Assembly (NCBI GenBank): GCA_963771225.1 | Contig: CAVYSR010000024.1 | Coordinates: 101,181 to 165,180 of the forward strand | Source of the DNA: an uncultured Pseudomonadota bacterium | Lineage (GTDB): Bacteria > Pseudomonadota > Alphaproteobacteria > Rhizobiales > Xanthobacteraceae | Reading direction: 5' to 3' | Length of the DNA stretch: 64,000 bases | In this document: positions 11,103 to 21,485 of the stretch, piece after piece | How positions within the stretch are numbered: position 1 is the first letter of the stretch | How the letters are laid out: every line of letters begins with the position of its first letter | Notes under the pieces: model-generated | What the model was told of the DNA's origin: nothing | Database searches by the model: none | What the model saw: the letters and a program-made list of their open reading frames with translations, nothing else | Made by a program: the position numbers and the translations under genes

Positions 11103-11510
11103 ATGCGAGACAGGTCGCATTCCATCGTCGAACGATTGACCCATACGTTCGGCGACTGGCTCCAGCACCGGCGGGAGCTCAACGAGATGCGCCAGCTCAC
11201 CACGTCAGAGTTTGACCGCATCGCAGCCGATTTGCGGGTTTCCCCCGCCGATCTGAATGAATTGGTTCGTCTCGGGCCGCATGCTGCGGATGAATTGCCC
11301 AAATTGCTCAACGCCCTCGGCATCGACGGCAACGATCTCGCGCGCGTCGAACCACTCGTGTTGCACGACATGGAGCGCGTCTGCGCCTTGTGTGAACACA
11401 AGCGCGAATGCGACCGCGATCTCGCCGCCGGCACTTCTGCCGAGCACTATCAGGGATATTGCCTCAACGCGCCCACGATCGAACAATTGGGGCATGAGGC
11501 TAAGAAATAA
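11103..11510 (+). CDS. DUF6455-like four-Cys protein
   Basis: DMERVCALCEHKREC...YCLNA; N-terminal RRELNEM...FDRIAADL. Confidence 0.75.
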   Translation: MRDRSHSIVERLTHTFGDWLQHRRELNEMRQLTTSEFDRIAADLRVSPADLNELVRLGPHAADELPKLLNALGIDGNDLARVEPLVLHDMERVCALCEHKRECDRDLAAGTSAEHYQGYCLNAPTIEQLGHEAKK

Positions 11511-11655
11511 AGATTTAGGTTAGACCAGCGCCGCCTCAGGGTCGTCAGTCAAGTAGTTATCGACAAATCGCAGCCGTCTGCCACAACCCCTTCGCCGCAG
11601 TCTCATATCGGCAGGTCCGAAAAGTGAAATCGCCGCACCTCATTCCGACCCGGAT

Positions 11656-11669
11656 TTGATCTGCCGCAA
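11656..11669. promoter_or_regulatory. FixK/FNR-type box
   Basis: TTGAT-CTGC-CGCAA about 55 nt upstream of hemerythrin ATG 11724. Confidence 0.7.
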
Positions 11670-11781
11670 AAGCTGATACCGCGTCGCGGACAATATGTTA
11701 TGGTTCACTGTATGGAGCGCCGCATGATCATTGAGCGCTTATCCCAAGAGCATCGCAATATTGAGAAGCTGCTTGCCATCC

Positions 11782-12932
11782 TAGTGGTCTCTGCCTAACA
11801 TAAGAAGTCCCGTTCGGGATTCCATTTGGTTGGCGCGCGTGCAAGTCTTAGGCATGCGCGCCGGGATTTCCATCAAGATCACACGACCAGATCGCCATCG
11901 GCTTGAAGCGATCACCAGGGACCGTAACGCCTCGCAGAAGCACGTTTGGCGAGCAAACATTGTGCTTCTGAGCGCCGACGGTGTCGGGACCAACGCGATC
12001 ATGCGCCAGACCGGCACGTCGAAGACCTGCGTCTGGCGCTGGCAGCAGCAATTCATGGAAGAGGGCGTCGACGGCCTCCTGCGAGACAAGACGCGCCCCT
12101 CGCGGGTTCCCGGGCACGGCCCGGAAGTGGCCGAGCGTGTGGTCGCGCTCACGTTGGCCGACCCGCCGACCGAGACGACCCATTGGACGGCCGATCTGAT
12201 GGCGCGGGCGAGCGGAATAAGTGCCAGCGCTGTCCGTCGCATCTGGAAAGCGCACGGGCTCCAACCTCACCGGTATCGGCAGTTCAAGCTCTCGAACGAT
12301 CCAAACTTCGTCGCCAAGCTGCGCGACGTTGTCGGGCTCTATGTCGATCCGCCGGCCCACGCCATCGTGCTGTCGGTCGACGAGAAGAGCCAAATTCAAG
12401 CCCTCGATCGCACCCAGCCAGGGCTGCCGCTGAAGAAGGGACGGCTCGGAACCATGACACACGATTACAAGAGGCACGGCACCACGACACTGTTTGCCGC
12501 CCTCAACGTCCTCGATGGCACGGTCATCGGCCGCAACATGCAGCGTCATCGTCATCAGGAACTCATTCGATTTCTCAACGACATCGAGGCGGAGGTTCCG
12601 GTCGGCAAGATCATCCACGTCATTCTCGACAACTATGCAGCTCACAAACACCCCAACGTTCGTGCCTGGCTCAATCGCCACCCGCGTTTCGTTTTCCACT
12701 TCACACCAACCTCGTGCTCCTGGCTCAACGCTGTCGAGGGGTTCTTCGCCAAGCTCAGCCGACGTCGCTTGAAACGTGGTGTCTTCCGCTCCGTCGTTGA
12801 TCTCCAGGCGGCCATCAACCGCTTCGTCGCTGAGACAAACGCCGATCCGAAGCCATTCACGTGGACCGCCAACCCTGACAAAATCATCGCCGCCGTCAAG
12901 AGAGGGCACCAAGTGTTAAATTCCATCCACTA
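11782..12932 (+). mobile_element. IS630-family insertion sequence
   Basis: CTAG at both ends (11781-11784, 12930-12933); imperfect terminal IRs TAGTGG-N8-TAACA; intact transposase inside. Confidence 0.92.
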
Positions 12933-12933
12933 G
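11854..12933 (+). CDS. IS630-family DDE transposase
   Basis: VDEKSQIQAL, THDYKRHGTTTLFAAL, ILDNYAAHK, FTPTSCSWLNAVEGFF motifs; stop codon lies in the right target site. Confidence 0.95.
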   Translation: MRAGISIKITRPDRHRLEAITRDRNASQKHVWRANIVLLSADGVGTNAIMRQTGTSKTCVWRWQQQFMEEGVDGLLRDKTRPSRVPGHGPEVAERVVALTLADPPTETTHWTADLMARASGISASAVRRIWKAHGLQPHRYRQFKLSNDPNFVAKLRDVVGLYVDPPAHAIVLSVDEKSQIQALDRTQPGLPLKKGRLGTMTHDYKRHGTTTLFAALNVLDGTVIGRNMQRHRHQELIRFLNDIEAEVPVGKIIHVILDNYAAHKHPNVRAWLNRHPRFVFHFTPTSCSWLNAVEGFFAKLSRRRLKRGVFRSVVDLQAAINRFVAETNADPKPFTWTANPDKIIAAVKRGHQVLNSIH

Positions 12934-13504
12934 AGCTGGAACTTGAGGTCTTCGACCGGGGAGACCGCCCCGACTACGAAGTTATTCGCGCTGTTATCAG
13001 CTATTTCGAAGTCTACCCGGAGGTGTATCACCATCCCCAGGAAGACCTGGTCTTTGCCAAGCTAAGAACGCGCGATCCGGTTGCGGCTGCGAAGGTCGGT
13101 GATCTCGCTCGCGAGCACCACAAAGGGGCTGAACGCTTGCGCCGGGTCGCTCACGCGGTCGAGAACGTGCTCGCGGATGGTGAAGTTCTTCGGCAAACTG
13201 TCGATACCATTGTTCGCGATTTCATCGCGCACGAGCGGCACCACATGATGATGGAAGATCGAGATTTCTTTCCTGCCGCGCTTAAGGCCCTTAAGCCTGA
13301 AGATTGGACGGAGATCGCTTCGGCCGTAACCGGTCATAGGGACCCGCTGTTCAGCGATGTCACCGAAGAGCGGTTCGATGCGCTACGCTCACATATTTCG
13401 CGGCTGGAGCAAGAGGCCGAAGCCGAACGAAAGTAGGCGCGCTTTCATCCGCAGCGCTTGGTTGTGCTCTGCGGCGAGCACCGGTCACTATGTGGGGCGC
13501 TGCC

Positions 13505-14077
13505 ATGATCATTGAGCGTTTGAGCCAAGAGCATCGAAATATAGAGAAGCTACTCACAATCTTTGAGCGGGAACTTAAGGTTTTCGACCGCGGCGTCCGC
13601 CCCGACTTTAAGGTTATTCGCGCGCTCATTAGCTACTTCGAACTTTACCCGGAGGTTTATCACCATCCCCAGGAAGACTTGGTCTTTGCCAAGCTGAAAA
13701 TTCGCGACCCGGCTGCGGCTGCGAAAGTCGGTGATCTCGCTCGCGAACACCAAAGAGGGGCGGACCGTTTGCGCCGCGTCGCTGATGCGGTCGACAGTGT
13801 TCTCGCGGGCCGTGAAATCCCTCAGCAAGATGTGGATTTCATCGTTCACGATTTCATAGAGCACGAGCGGCACCACATTACGATGGAAGATCGCGATTTT
13901 TTTCCTGCCGCCCTAAAGGCTTTTAAGCCTCAAGATTGGATGGAGATCGCTTCGGCCTTGACCAATCCTGAGGATCCGCTGTTCAGCGAGGCGGCCGAGG
14001 AGACGTTTGACGCGCTACGGGCACGCATCTTGCAGCTGGAACAAGACGCCGGAGCTGAACGAAAGTACCCGATATAA
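13505..14077 (+). CDS. Hemerythrin (HHE) domain protein, intact paralog
   Basis: EHRNI...HHPQED...REHQ...HHITMED His/Glu pattern. Confidence 0.88.
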   Translation: MIIERLSQEHRNIEKLLTIFERELKVFDRGVRPDFKVIRALISYFELYPEVYHHPQEDLVFAKLKIRDPAAAAKVGDLAREHQRGADRLRRVADAVDSVLAGREIPQQDVDFIVHDFIEHERHHITMEDRDFFPAALKAFKPQDWMEIASALTNPEDPLFSEAAEETFDALRARILQLEQDAGAERKYPI

Positions 14078-14175
14078 CCGACGAGCGAGTATTTTTCCGT
14101 CCGCGACTGCCGCTATTTCTCGACGAGATGTCCGTTTCTCCACTTTAGCCGCGCGGGTCACTTCCAGTCTTCTCC

Positions 14176-15402
14176 TGCCGGCTCAACCGGTCGACGCAAC
14201 ACAGGCATTAAATCTCTCTGCTGGCGTTTCAAATTGCAAGGTCTCACGTGGTCGCTCGTTTAACTGACGAGCCACTTTGTTCAGATGGGCTTGCGAATGC
14301 ACCGACAAGTCGGTGCCCTTTGGAAAGTACTGCCTCAGCAGGCCATTAGTATTCTCGTTCGACCCACGCTGCCACGGGCTTTGCGGGTCGCAAAAATAGA
14401 CATCGATGTTGGTCGCCATCGTAAAGCGCCGATGATCCGTCAGTTCCTTGCCCCGGTCCCAGGTCAGGGACTTATACAGCTCTTTCGGGAGCTTCTTCGA
14501 CTGCTTGATGAGCGCGTTGACTACCGTTTGGGTTTCCTTGCCTGCCACCTTGGCTAACATCACGTAACGCGTTTGACGCTCGACCAAGGTCGCAATGTAG
14601 GTGTTGTTCGGCCCGGACAGCAGATCGCCCTCCCAATGGCCAGGCACCGCCCTATCTTCCACTGCGGCCGGTCGCTGACGGATTGAGACCGCATCCTTCA
14701 TATGTCCCCGTCTATCGCCATTCGGATCAACTGGTCTGGAGCGACGCATCGAGCGCTTCGAGCGAAGATGGCGGAGCAGCTCTTTCTTGAGCACTCCGCG
14801 CGCTTGGACAAACAGGCTGCGATAGATGGTCTCGTGTGACACCCGATTACACTCGTCTTCAGGATGCGTTCTCTTCAGCCAACCGGCTATCTGCTCGGGT
14901 GACCAATCCAATCTGAGCTTCCTTGCCACGGCCTGCCGAAGCCGCGAATTGATCGCCAATTTACAACATTTTTGACGACGCGATCGCGCCCAGGCATTCT
15001 CGTCCGCAACTGTCGCCCGGTAGCGTTCACAGCCGCCATTGCGGTTCATTTCCCGGCTCACCGTCGAGGGCGAGCGGCCAAGCAATTTGGCGATAGACCG
15101 GGCCGATCGACGTGCCGTAACGCCTCTGGAAATCATCTCGCGTTCCGCAAGCGTCAATGCCAACCTGGAGCGACGCCGCTCCGCAGGACGGAACCCTCCA
15201 TGCGGGGCAACCAGAAAATAGATCGACGAGGAACTCCTTACCAAAAGCTCGCCCGATCGCCTTCAATAACTCCCCGCGCTTCCAACGGTCCCATAATTCC
15301 GTCTTTTCTGCCGCGGTAAAACCCCTATGAAATCTCCGTTCCATCCTACACTCCATCTTTTCCCGTTAAGATAAAGTGTTGCGTCGATCAGTTGAGACCG
15401 CC
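14176..15402 (-). mobile_element. IS30-family insertion sequence
   Basis: Terminal IRs CTCAACCGGTCGACGCAACAC (left) and reverse-complemented CTCAACTGATCGACGCAACAC (right) enclosing a transposase. Confidence 0.88.
14183..15344 (-). CDS. IS30-family transposase, one frameshift near 15235
   Basis: WSPEQIAGWL, SHETIY, PGHWEGDL, TWDRGKE, PWQRGSNENTNGLLRQYFPKG. Confidence 0.92.
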
Positions 15403-15518
15403 TCCCATGAACAGACATTGTCCGACTAAGCCGACTGGTCCGGTTCGTGCCATGAACGGAAGTTACTTGCTCCATCCGATGATCTACCGATCCGGGCGGC
15501 TTGAACAGCGGCCCAGCT

Positions 15519-16116
15519 TTATTTGACAAAGCTCAGATACGAGGCGAGCGCCTCGATTTCATTCGGGCCAAGATGGCTCGCAACCATCGGCATCGGAGAT
15601 TCCGTACCCGAATGATAGCCTTGGCCCCATTGCTCAAGCCGACCCTTCAAATAGAAATAGGCCAGACCCCCCAGGCGAGGAATATCGCGCACGCCCTCGG
15701 CGTTCGGGCCATGACAGGCGTAGCAGGACACGATATTGGCTTCCGGGATTCCCTCCAGGTAGATCGTTCTTCCCCGCGACGCGAGCGTGCTGTCGCCGTC
15801 ATTGGCGGCTTTCGGCGGGATCGTGGCAAAATAACTCTGCCAGATCGCGTGCCGTATGGGGATCGAGGGCTGCGACCGCGCTCCACATGTATTGCTTCGA
15901 AAATGGATTATCCCGCGCGTGCGCGCGAAAGCTCCTGATCTGACTCATGATGTATTGCGGCCTCTGTCCAGCCAGCCGCGGCGCTACTGTATAACCCTGC
16001 GCCCCCGTTCCGTGACACCAGGTACAGTTGCGAACGGCGGGGCTCTCGCCGGCCCATGAAGAAGCGCTGGAGGCGAGGATCGCCATGATCGCCATTTTCA
16101 ACCCGATGCGCTTCAT
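15519..16116 (-). CDS. Dihaem cytochrome c4/c553-like, frameshift near 15833
   Basis: Signal peptide, CTWCH...PRLAGQ, then CYACH...PRLGG...MPMVA in the next frame. Confidence 0.85.
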
Positions 16117-16176
16117 GACCCCAAGCTTTCGCGCTTCATGTACCCACCGACATGTCGGCGTATGAGATGGCTGCAC

Positions 16177-16821
16177 TCACTGCAGATAACTGACATAGGC
16201 CGCGACCGCTTCAATCTGTGACCGGGTCATGTTGTGTGCCGTTGGCGCCATGATGGCGGATGTATCAACCGCCGAGCCTTGACCTCGCTCCGTCTTCCAA
16301 CCCGTCAACTGGCCTACAGTGTATGCGTAGACCTGACCCGCAAGTCGCGGAATTTCGTTTTGACCCTTGCCCTCCGTGCCGTGACAGGCGGAGCAAGCGG
16401 GAACGTTGGATTCGGGAAGGCCTTCCTCGTAGATTCGCTTCCCGGTCGCGATCGATCCCCTTGGCGCTCCGCCGAACGGTTTGGGATTGAGACCTCTAAA
16501 ATGCGTGGCCAGCGCCGTCAGCATCGACGGGCTCAGCACATGCGCGACGTTGAACATGATCGGATTGGTCCGCCTGCGCTCGATGAAGGCCCGCAGCTGA
16601 GCCTCGATGTATTCGGGCTGCTGCCCGGCCAGCCGCGGCATCGGAAAGTATCCGAGATACCCCTGGCCCGACAGCCCATGGCAGGTTTTGCAATATTCCA
16701 GCTTGGCCTCCAGCCCGCCTTGTCTTGCGGGGACGCCGCTGTCCGCCGCGTGACCCGTTGCGGAAAAAGCCAGCGCCAGAATTACTGCCTGCAAAATCAG
16801 CCGCACACCGAGGACTTTCAC
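16177..16821 (-). CDS. Dihaem cytochrome c4
   Basis: Signal peptide, CKTCH and CSACH, two PRLAGQ motifs; GTG start after GAGGAGG. Confidence 0.9.
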   Translation of the reverse strand: MKVLGVRLILQAVILALAFSATGHAADSGVPARQGGLEAKLEYCKTCHGLSGQGYLGYFPMPRLAGQQPEYIEAQLRAFIERRRTNPIMFNVAHVLSPSMLTALATHFRGLNPKPFGGAPRGSIATGKRIYEEGLPESNVPACSACHGTEGKGQNEIPRLAGQVYAYTVGQLTGWKTERGQGSAVDTSAIMAPTAHNMTRSQIEAVAAYVSYLQ

Positions 16822-16880
16822 GATCCGGCCTCCTCGTCTCTCGCCAGACGCATCCGCTTCATGTGAACGGGCTCCGGCCA

Positions 16881-17657
16881 TCACCAACCGGACCCCCAGA
16901 TGTGAAAGTTCAACCCGACCTTGACGACCTGAACGGTCTGCTTGACGTCGACGACACCTGAGAAGCCGTTGATCGAGTCGGCCATCAGGATGCCGCCATG
17001 CCCGAATGAATAGTAATCATATTCGACATTGACGGACCAATGACGCGCGAAAGCCCAATCCACGCCGCCGCCTACGATCCAGCCGTAGCGATTGTCCAGC
17101 CCTTGAAAGTTATAAGGAAGACCCGTGAATGTGCCGCTGACATTGTATTTGTCTCCGGCCAATGCGACGCCCGCTTTGGTGTAAAGCAGGACACGGTCGA
17201 AGGCGTAGCCGACCCGCCCGGTCACGCTCGCAAGAAAGTCGGTATTCGCCTGCACGATCCCGATGTCGGGATTGCCGAGCGGGAGCCCGACGGACGTGCT
17301 GCCTTTCATGGTGGAGCCCGAGGCAGAGCCTTCGATACCAACCACCATGAAGGAAGCGAACTCATAGTCGCAACCGATCTGCCCGCCGATCACGGCGCCG
17401 GTCGGCGAGGTGCTTGCGGTGGTGACGCCGGTTGTCGCACCGGGGAAGATAAATGAATCCTGCACGAGCTGCGCCGGATCGGTCATGTCCTTGCGGGCAG
17501 CCCCGCCGCCGAGATGTCCGCCGACATAGCAGCTTGTCCAGCTGAACTGCGGCGCTGCATAGGGCGCCTCCGGCTTCATCGGCAGGTCCGCTGCGATCGC
17601 GGGCGCCGAGAGGGTCACGGCGAGCACTGCTGCGTGGGCGAAAAGAAGTTTTCTCAT
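16881..17657 (-). CDS. Outer-membrane beta-barrel protein (Omp25/RopB-like)
   Basis: Signal + ADLPMK...FSWTSCYVGGHLG, GGQIGCDY, GRVGYAFDR, VKVGLNF. Confidence 0.88.
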   Translation of the reverse strand: MRKLLFAHAAVLAVTLSAPAIAADLPMKPEAPYAAPQFSWTSCYVGGHLGGGAARKDMTDPAQLVQDSFIFPGATTGVTTASTSPTGAVIGGQIGCDYEFASFMVVGIEGSASGSTMKGSTSVGLPLGNPDIGIVQANTDFLASVTGRVGYAFDRVLLYTKAGVALAGDKYNVSGTFTGLPYNFQGLDNRYGWIVGGGVDWAFARHWSVNVEYDYYSFGHGGILMADSINGFSGVVDVKQTVQVVKVGLNFHIWGSGW

Positions 17658-17687
17658 CAGACCATCTCCGTATGCGGACTCGTCCGC

Positions 17688-19228
17688 CTACATCGCAAAC
17701 CAGGCATGGAGGAACAGGGTATTGTTGTCGTGGGCTGCGACCGTGGTGCCGTTTAGCTTGTTGTAATAGGTGTATTGCAGGCCGATGCGGGCGTTGAACC
17801 ACGGCCAGCCGATCATCTTGCTTGCCCCGAACGGGATGTAGGCGATCTCGGTCATAAAGCCGTTGGTGTTTGGGGTGGAGGCAGCGCCCGTGACGGGGTC
17901 GGCCCCATACAGGCTCATGTCGGCGGTACCCCATTGATTGAAATATTGCCCGGTGAAAACGACCCTGTTGTCGGCGCCGTAGGCAAACGAGGCCTGCAGC
18001 TTGAGGCTGTTGAGCGTGTTGGTCGGATTGGACGCACTCGCGTTGAGGAAGCTCGCATCCAATTGCTCGAACTCGCGAATATAACTGGCGCGCAACGTGA
18101 GCCAGTAATTGTCGCCTTGAAACTGATATTGAGTGTCGAAACCGATATCGGTGAATCTGTCGGTTTGTGGAAACACGGAGGTCGACCAGGTCGCGAAGCT
18201 TGTATCGACCCAGGGATGGACGTTGAATTGCGCTCCGAATGCGCCGATCATCCACGTATTCCTGCCCCAGTGCGGCTCCAGCGCAATGCGCCAGTAGGGC
18301 GCAACGCTGCCGAGTGGACCGGGCTCACCGAACGGATCGGTACCCAGCGCGTTCTGCTGGCTGAAGCCGAGGGTCTTGTAGCCGGTGAATTCCAGATAAA
18401 GCAGGTCGTTGATAAAGGTGTAGGCGCCGACGCCGCCGACATGCGCTGCAAATGCGCCCTCGATCGCCGTAGGATGACCCTGCGGGCCAAGGATCGTCGA
18501 AACGGCGTAAGGGAAGGACCAGGCCGGTGTGGTGTTCCACACATCCTGCACAGTCGGGTTGTTGTTGGCCGTGATGCCGTAGATCAGGTCGAGCGATCCG
18601 ATGCGGGCAGTGCTGGCATAGCGAACGTCGGTATTATCCCACGTCCAGGTATGACCGAACGGATCGCCAAAACCTCCGGGGGGCACCGCGTTATAGGTGA
18701 CTTGCGCGAAGGCACCGATATTGTCGGTGATCGCTCCGCCGTAGAACGCGCTGAACGGCGAGAGCACGACATTGTTGTTCGCGCTATAGGGGTCCGTGCC
18801 AGTTAGCGGCGCCTGGGTGTGAGTGTAGCCGACGATCGTCATCATCGAGACCGGCGGGACATAATCCTTGTCAGCCTCGGGAGTCGTCGAAGTCGTCGGC
18901 AGCGATTTAACATAGCCAAGCATCTTGTCGTACTCGGCGCGCGCGTCCTGAGCGCCTTTGGACGAAAACGGCGTCGTCGGAATTCGCCGCCGCCGGTCGT
19001 ATAGCCGAGCAGCTTGAACCTGCGGCCATATGGCGTCAGCGCGGGAAAATCGGTGTGACAGGTACCGCAGGGTTGTCCCGTCTGCCGCGCGAAACTCGGC
19101 AGGGCTTGCGCCGGCGACGCAAAGCCGATCGTCAGGAAACCGATCGCGAGGGCAACAAGCGCAGCAGCAGCCAACAGCCTGCAGTTGCCGAAACGTGGGG
19201 TAGCGGAATGTCCGCCATCGCCTTGCAT
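17688..19228 (-). CDS. cyc2: Cyc2-like monohaem cytochrome c-porin fusion, one frameshift near 18978
   Basis: Signal peptide then ALPSFARQTGQPCGTCHTDFPALTPYGRRFKLLGY (Cyc2 N-terminal signature), followed by an aromatic-rich beta-barrel ending NNTLFLHAWFAM. An alternative start at 19291 is possible. Confidence 0.82.
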
Positions 19229-19370
19229 CGCGCGCCATTTCGTTGTTTGCGACGCTTCGTGCCGCCGCACGAAATCTGAATCCGCCTGCAAAGCAACGAT
19301 AGTCGAAGAGTCGCGAGCGCAGCTAAGACAATAGCCGCGATGAATCAGATTTCACGATTGAGAGACATTT

Positions 19371-19388
19371 ATGCAACTATAGTTGCAT
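19371..19388. promoter_or_regulatory. Perfect 18-bp palindrome, putative operator
   Basis: ATGCAACTATAGTTGCAT in the divergent cyc2/c4 intergenic region. Confidence 0.55.
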
Positions 19389-19521
19389 GCACATAATTCA
19401 ACGTTCGGCGAAATATCTATATTTCGTCGTCCGTCCGATCCGATGAAGGCAGACGATGGCCGATTTGCCCGGCCGTCTGCCCACTGGCGCATTAACTGGA
19501 CCGACCTTTGCGGAAAGTGAA

Positions 19522-19535
19522 TTGATCTAGATCAA
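19522..19535. promoter_or_regulatory. Perfect FNR/FixK box
   Basis: TTGAT-CTAG-ATCAA about 76 nt upstream of ATG 19612. Confidence 0.85.
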
Positions 19536-19611
19536 ATCGAGCAGAGAAAAAATGAGCTGGATCGAACAGCCCGGCGAGGCGTAACGTGGCCATCATCAAG
19601 AGGGCGGGCTA

Positions 19612-20254
19612 ATGCGCATTCTATCGGTACTGCTGACAGCAGCCTTTTTGATTGCCGTCTCCGCGGCGACAGAAGCGGAAGACAAAGCCAAGGCTGACTT
19701 CTCGCAAGCAGGAGCTTCAGGCCAAGATCGCCTATTGCAAAACCTGTCATGGGGTGTCGGGGCAAGGTTTTCGTGGATCGTATCCGATGCCGCGGCTGGC
19801 AGGACAGCAACCCGAGTATCTTACCAATCAGTTGCAGGCGTTTATCGATCGCAGGCGCACAAACCCTGTGATGTTTAACGTGGCGCATGTGCTGAGCCCG
19901 GCGATGCTGAAGGCACTGGCCGAGCATTTCAAGGACCTCAACCCTAAACCGTTGGGAGGGGGCCCGAAGGAACTCGCGGCCACGGGAAAGAAAATCTACG
20001 AAGATGGCGTCCCCAGCGCCGAGGTTCCTCCGTGCGCTACCTGTCACGGACCGGAAGCAAAGGGCGCCGATGCATTCCCTCGTCTGGCAGGACAGCTCAA
20101 TGACTATGTCGCAAAGAAACTTCTGAACTGGAGCAAGGAACGCGGTCAGGATCCGGCCAAGCCCGACAACTCGGCCATCATGCAGCCGATCGCGCATGGC
20201 CTGACCGAGGATCAGGTGAATGCCGTCGCAGCGTATCTCAGTTATCTCGAATAG
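19612..20254 (+). CDS. Dihaem cytochrome c4, frameshift near 19700
   Basis: Signal MRILSVLLTAAFLIAVSAA joins the frame containing CKTCH and CATCH; paralog of 16177-16821. Confidence 0.88.
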
Positions 20255-20411
20255 TTCCGCGTACCGAACCACAACGCTGCGAGGTTAATTGCAGACATCG
20301 ATGATGTGGAATGGCGTTTGGACTCCCGCAGATAACCCGCCGAGCCAACAATCGACTGCAAGAAGCCAAAAGAACTGCAATTAGTTGCCCTCTCACAGCA
20401 GGATGAAAATC

Positions 20412-20690
20412 ATGACTGCACCAACAGGAATTTCCAGGCGACAGGCGTTGACAATCGCGGCCGGCGTGGCCGGAGCCTCGGTCGCGAGCGCCGCAGCGGT
20501 CGTCGGCACATCGACGCCCGCGCAGGCGGCTAAGGCGTCGCAGAAAATCGTGAAGTATCAGGACACGCCGAAGGGAGATCAACGCTGCGAAAATTGCGTG
20601 CAGTTCGAAGCCCCGTCGTCCTGCAAAACCGTGGATGGAGCGGTTTCTGCGCAGGGCTGGTGCATGGTCTATGCGAAGAAGCCGGCATAA
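20412..20690 (+). CDS. High-potential iron-sulfur protein (HiPIP)
   Basis: Tat signal ISRRQAL; KYQDTP...CENC-x9-C-x11-WC four-Cys HiPIP pattern. Confidence 0.9.
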   Translation: MTAPTGISRRQALTIAAGVAGASVASAAAVVGTSTPAQAAKASQKIVKYQDTPKGDQRCENCVQFEAPSSCKTVDGAVSAQGWCMVYAKKPA

Positions 20691-20929
20691 ACTTCAATGT
20701 GCGGGCGCCATCGAAACGGCTGAACATTCAGGCTTCGATGGAACTTCAAATCGTCTCGGCTCACGATGTTCCGATGACCGGGGACAGGACGATCCTCGTT
20801 ATGCGTTTGACTTCCGGCCGATGGCTCTGAAGCCAACGCGCGCGGCTGCTCGGAAAGTGCATTCTGCTCAGCCCTGGCTCTCTTCAGTCCCCTGGAATCT
20901 CGAATCAGGCCAATCATCTGTGTGCGCAA

Positions 20930-21090
20930 CAGGAGTGGGAATTTATTATCAATCCCATTGTCGACGTGGGATTCGGCTCCAACGGAGAGGCCGACTTCGC
21001 GGCGGCCGTTCGGCTCGCCCGCAATCTCGGCGAGGATCAGTTCATCGGTCTCGAATATTACGCCGGGATCAGACCGCTTCTCAAGGCTAT
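20930..21090 (+). pseudogene. Internal fragment of a probable outer-membrane protein gene
   Basis: WEFIINPIVDVGFGSNGEADFAAAVRLARNLGEDQFIGLEYYAG with no start or natural end. Confidence 0.45.
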
Positions 21091-21411
21091 TCTTGGCTAT
21101 GCGTTCTCCGCGCCCAACAATGGCGGCCAGGATAACTCATTGCCATCGTCGTTAGAAATGGGGACACCTTCCCGACCGCTCCAGAACGCTTGGAATTTGA
21201 ACTCGGTCAACTAACTAAAATGGGCGAACGTTAAAGCCATTTCCGCTCTGGACTAAACAGCGATCCCGTTTCGAGGGTCGGACGGTCACCTCACAAAAAC
21301 TGGATGCATTCGTATTCCGCGTTCGGGGGCGTGCTCTGCCTGAAAGCAAGCTGAGCAACTAACTCGGTAGACGCCGCCGAGCAGGTTATTTTCCCTTTGC
21401 AATACGTCACT

Positions 21412-21425
21412 TTGATTTGGATCAA
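21412..21425. promoter_or_regulatory. Perfect FNR/FixK box
   Basis: TTGAT-TTGG-ATCAA 60 nt upstream of ATG 21486. Confidence 0.85.
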
Positions 21426-21485
21426 TGCGCTAGATAGAGCAGCATTCACATTCTCATCCCATGATCCCGAAGGGAGGAGGGTTAG

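Larger units (their letters stand above)
11724..13436 (+). pseudogene. Hemerythrin (HHE) domain gene interrupted by IS630
   Basis: Removing the IS and one CTAG restores MIIERLSQEHRNIEKLLAILELELEVFDRGDRPDYE...HHPQED...EHH...HMMMED, collinear with the downstream paralog. Confidence 0.9.

Noticed and set aside
18960-18990. Programmed frameshift in cyc2
   Set aside because: No slippery heptamer, and similar indels occur throughout the window.
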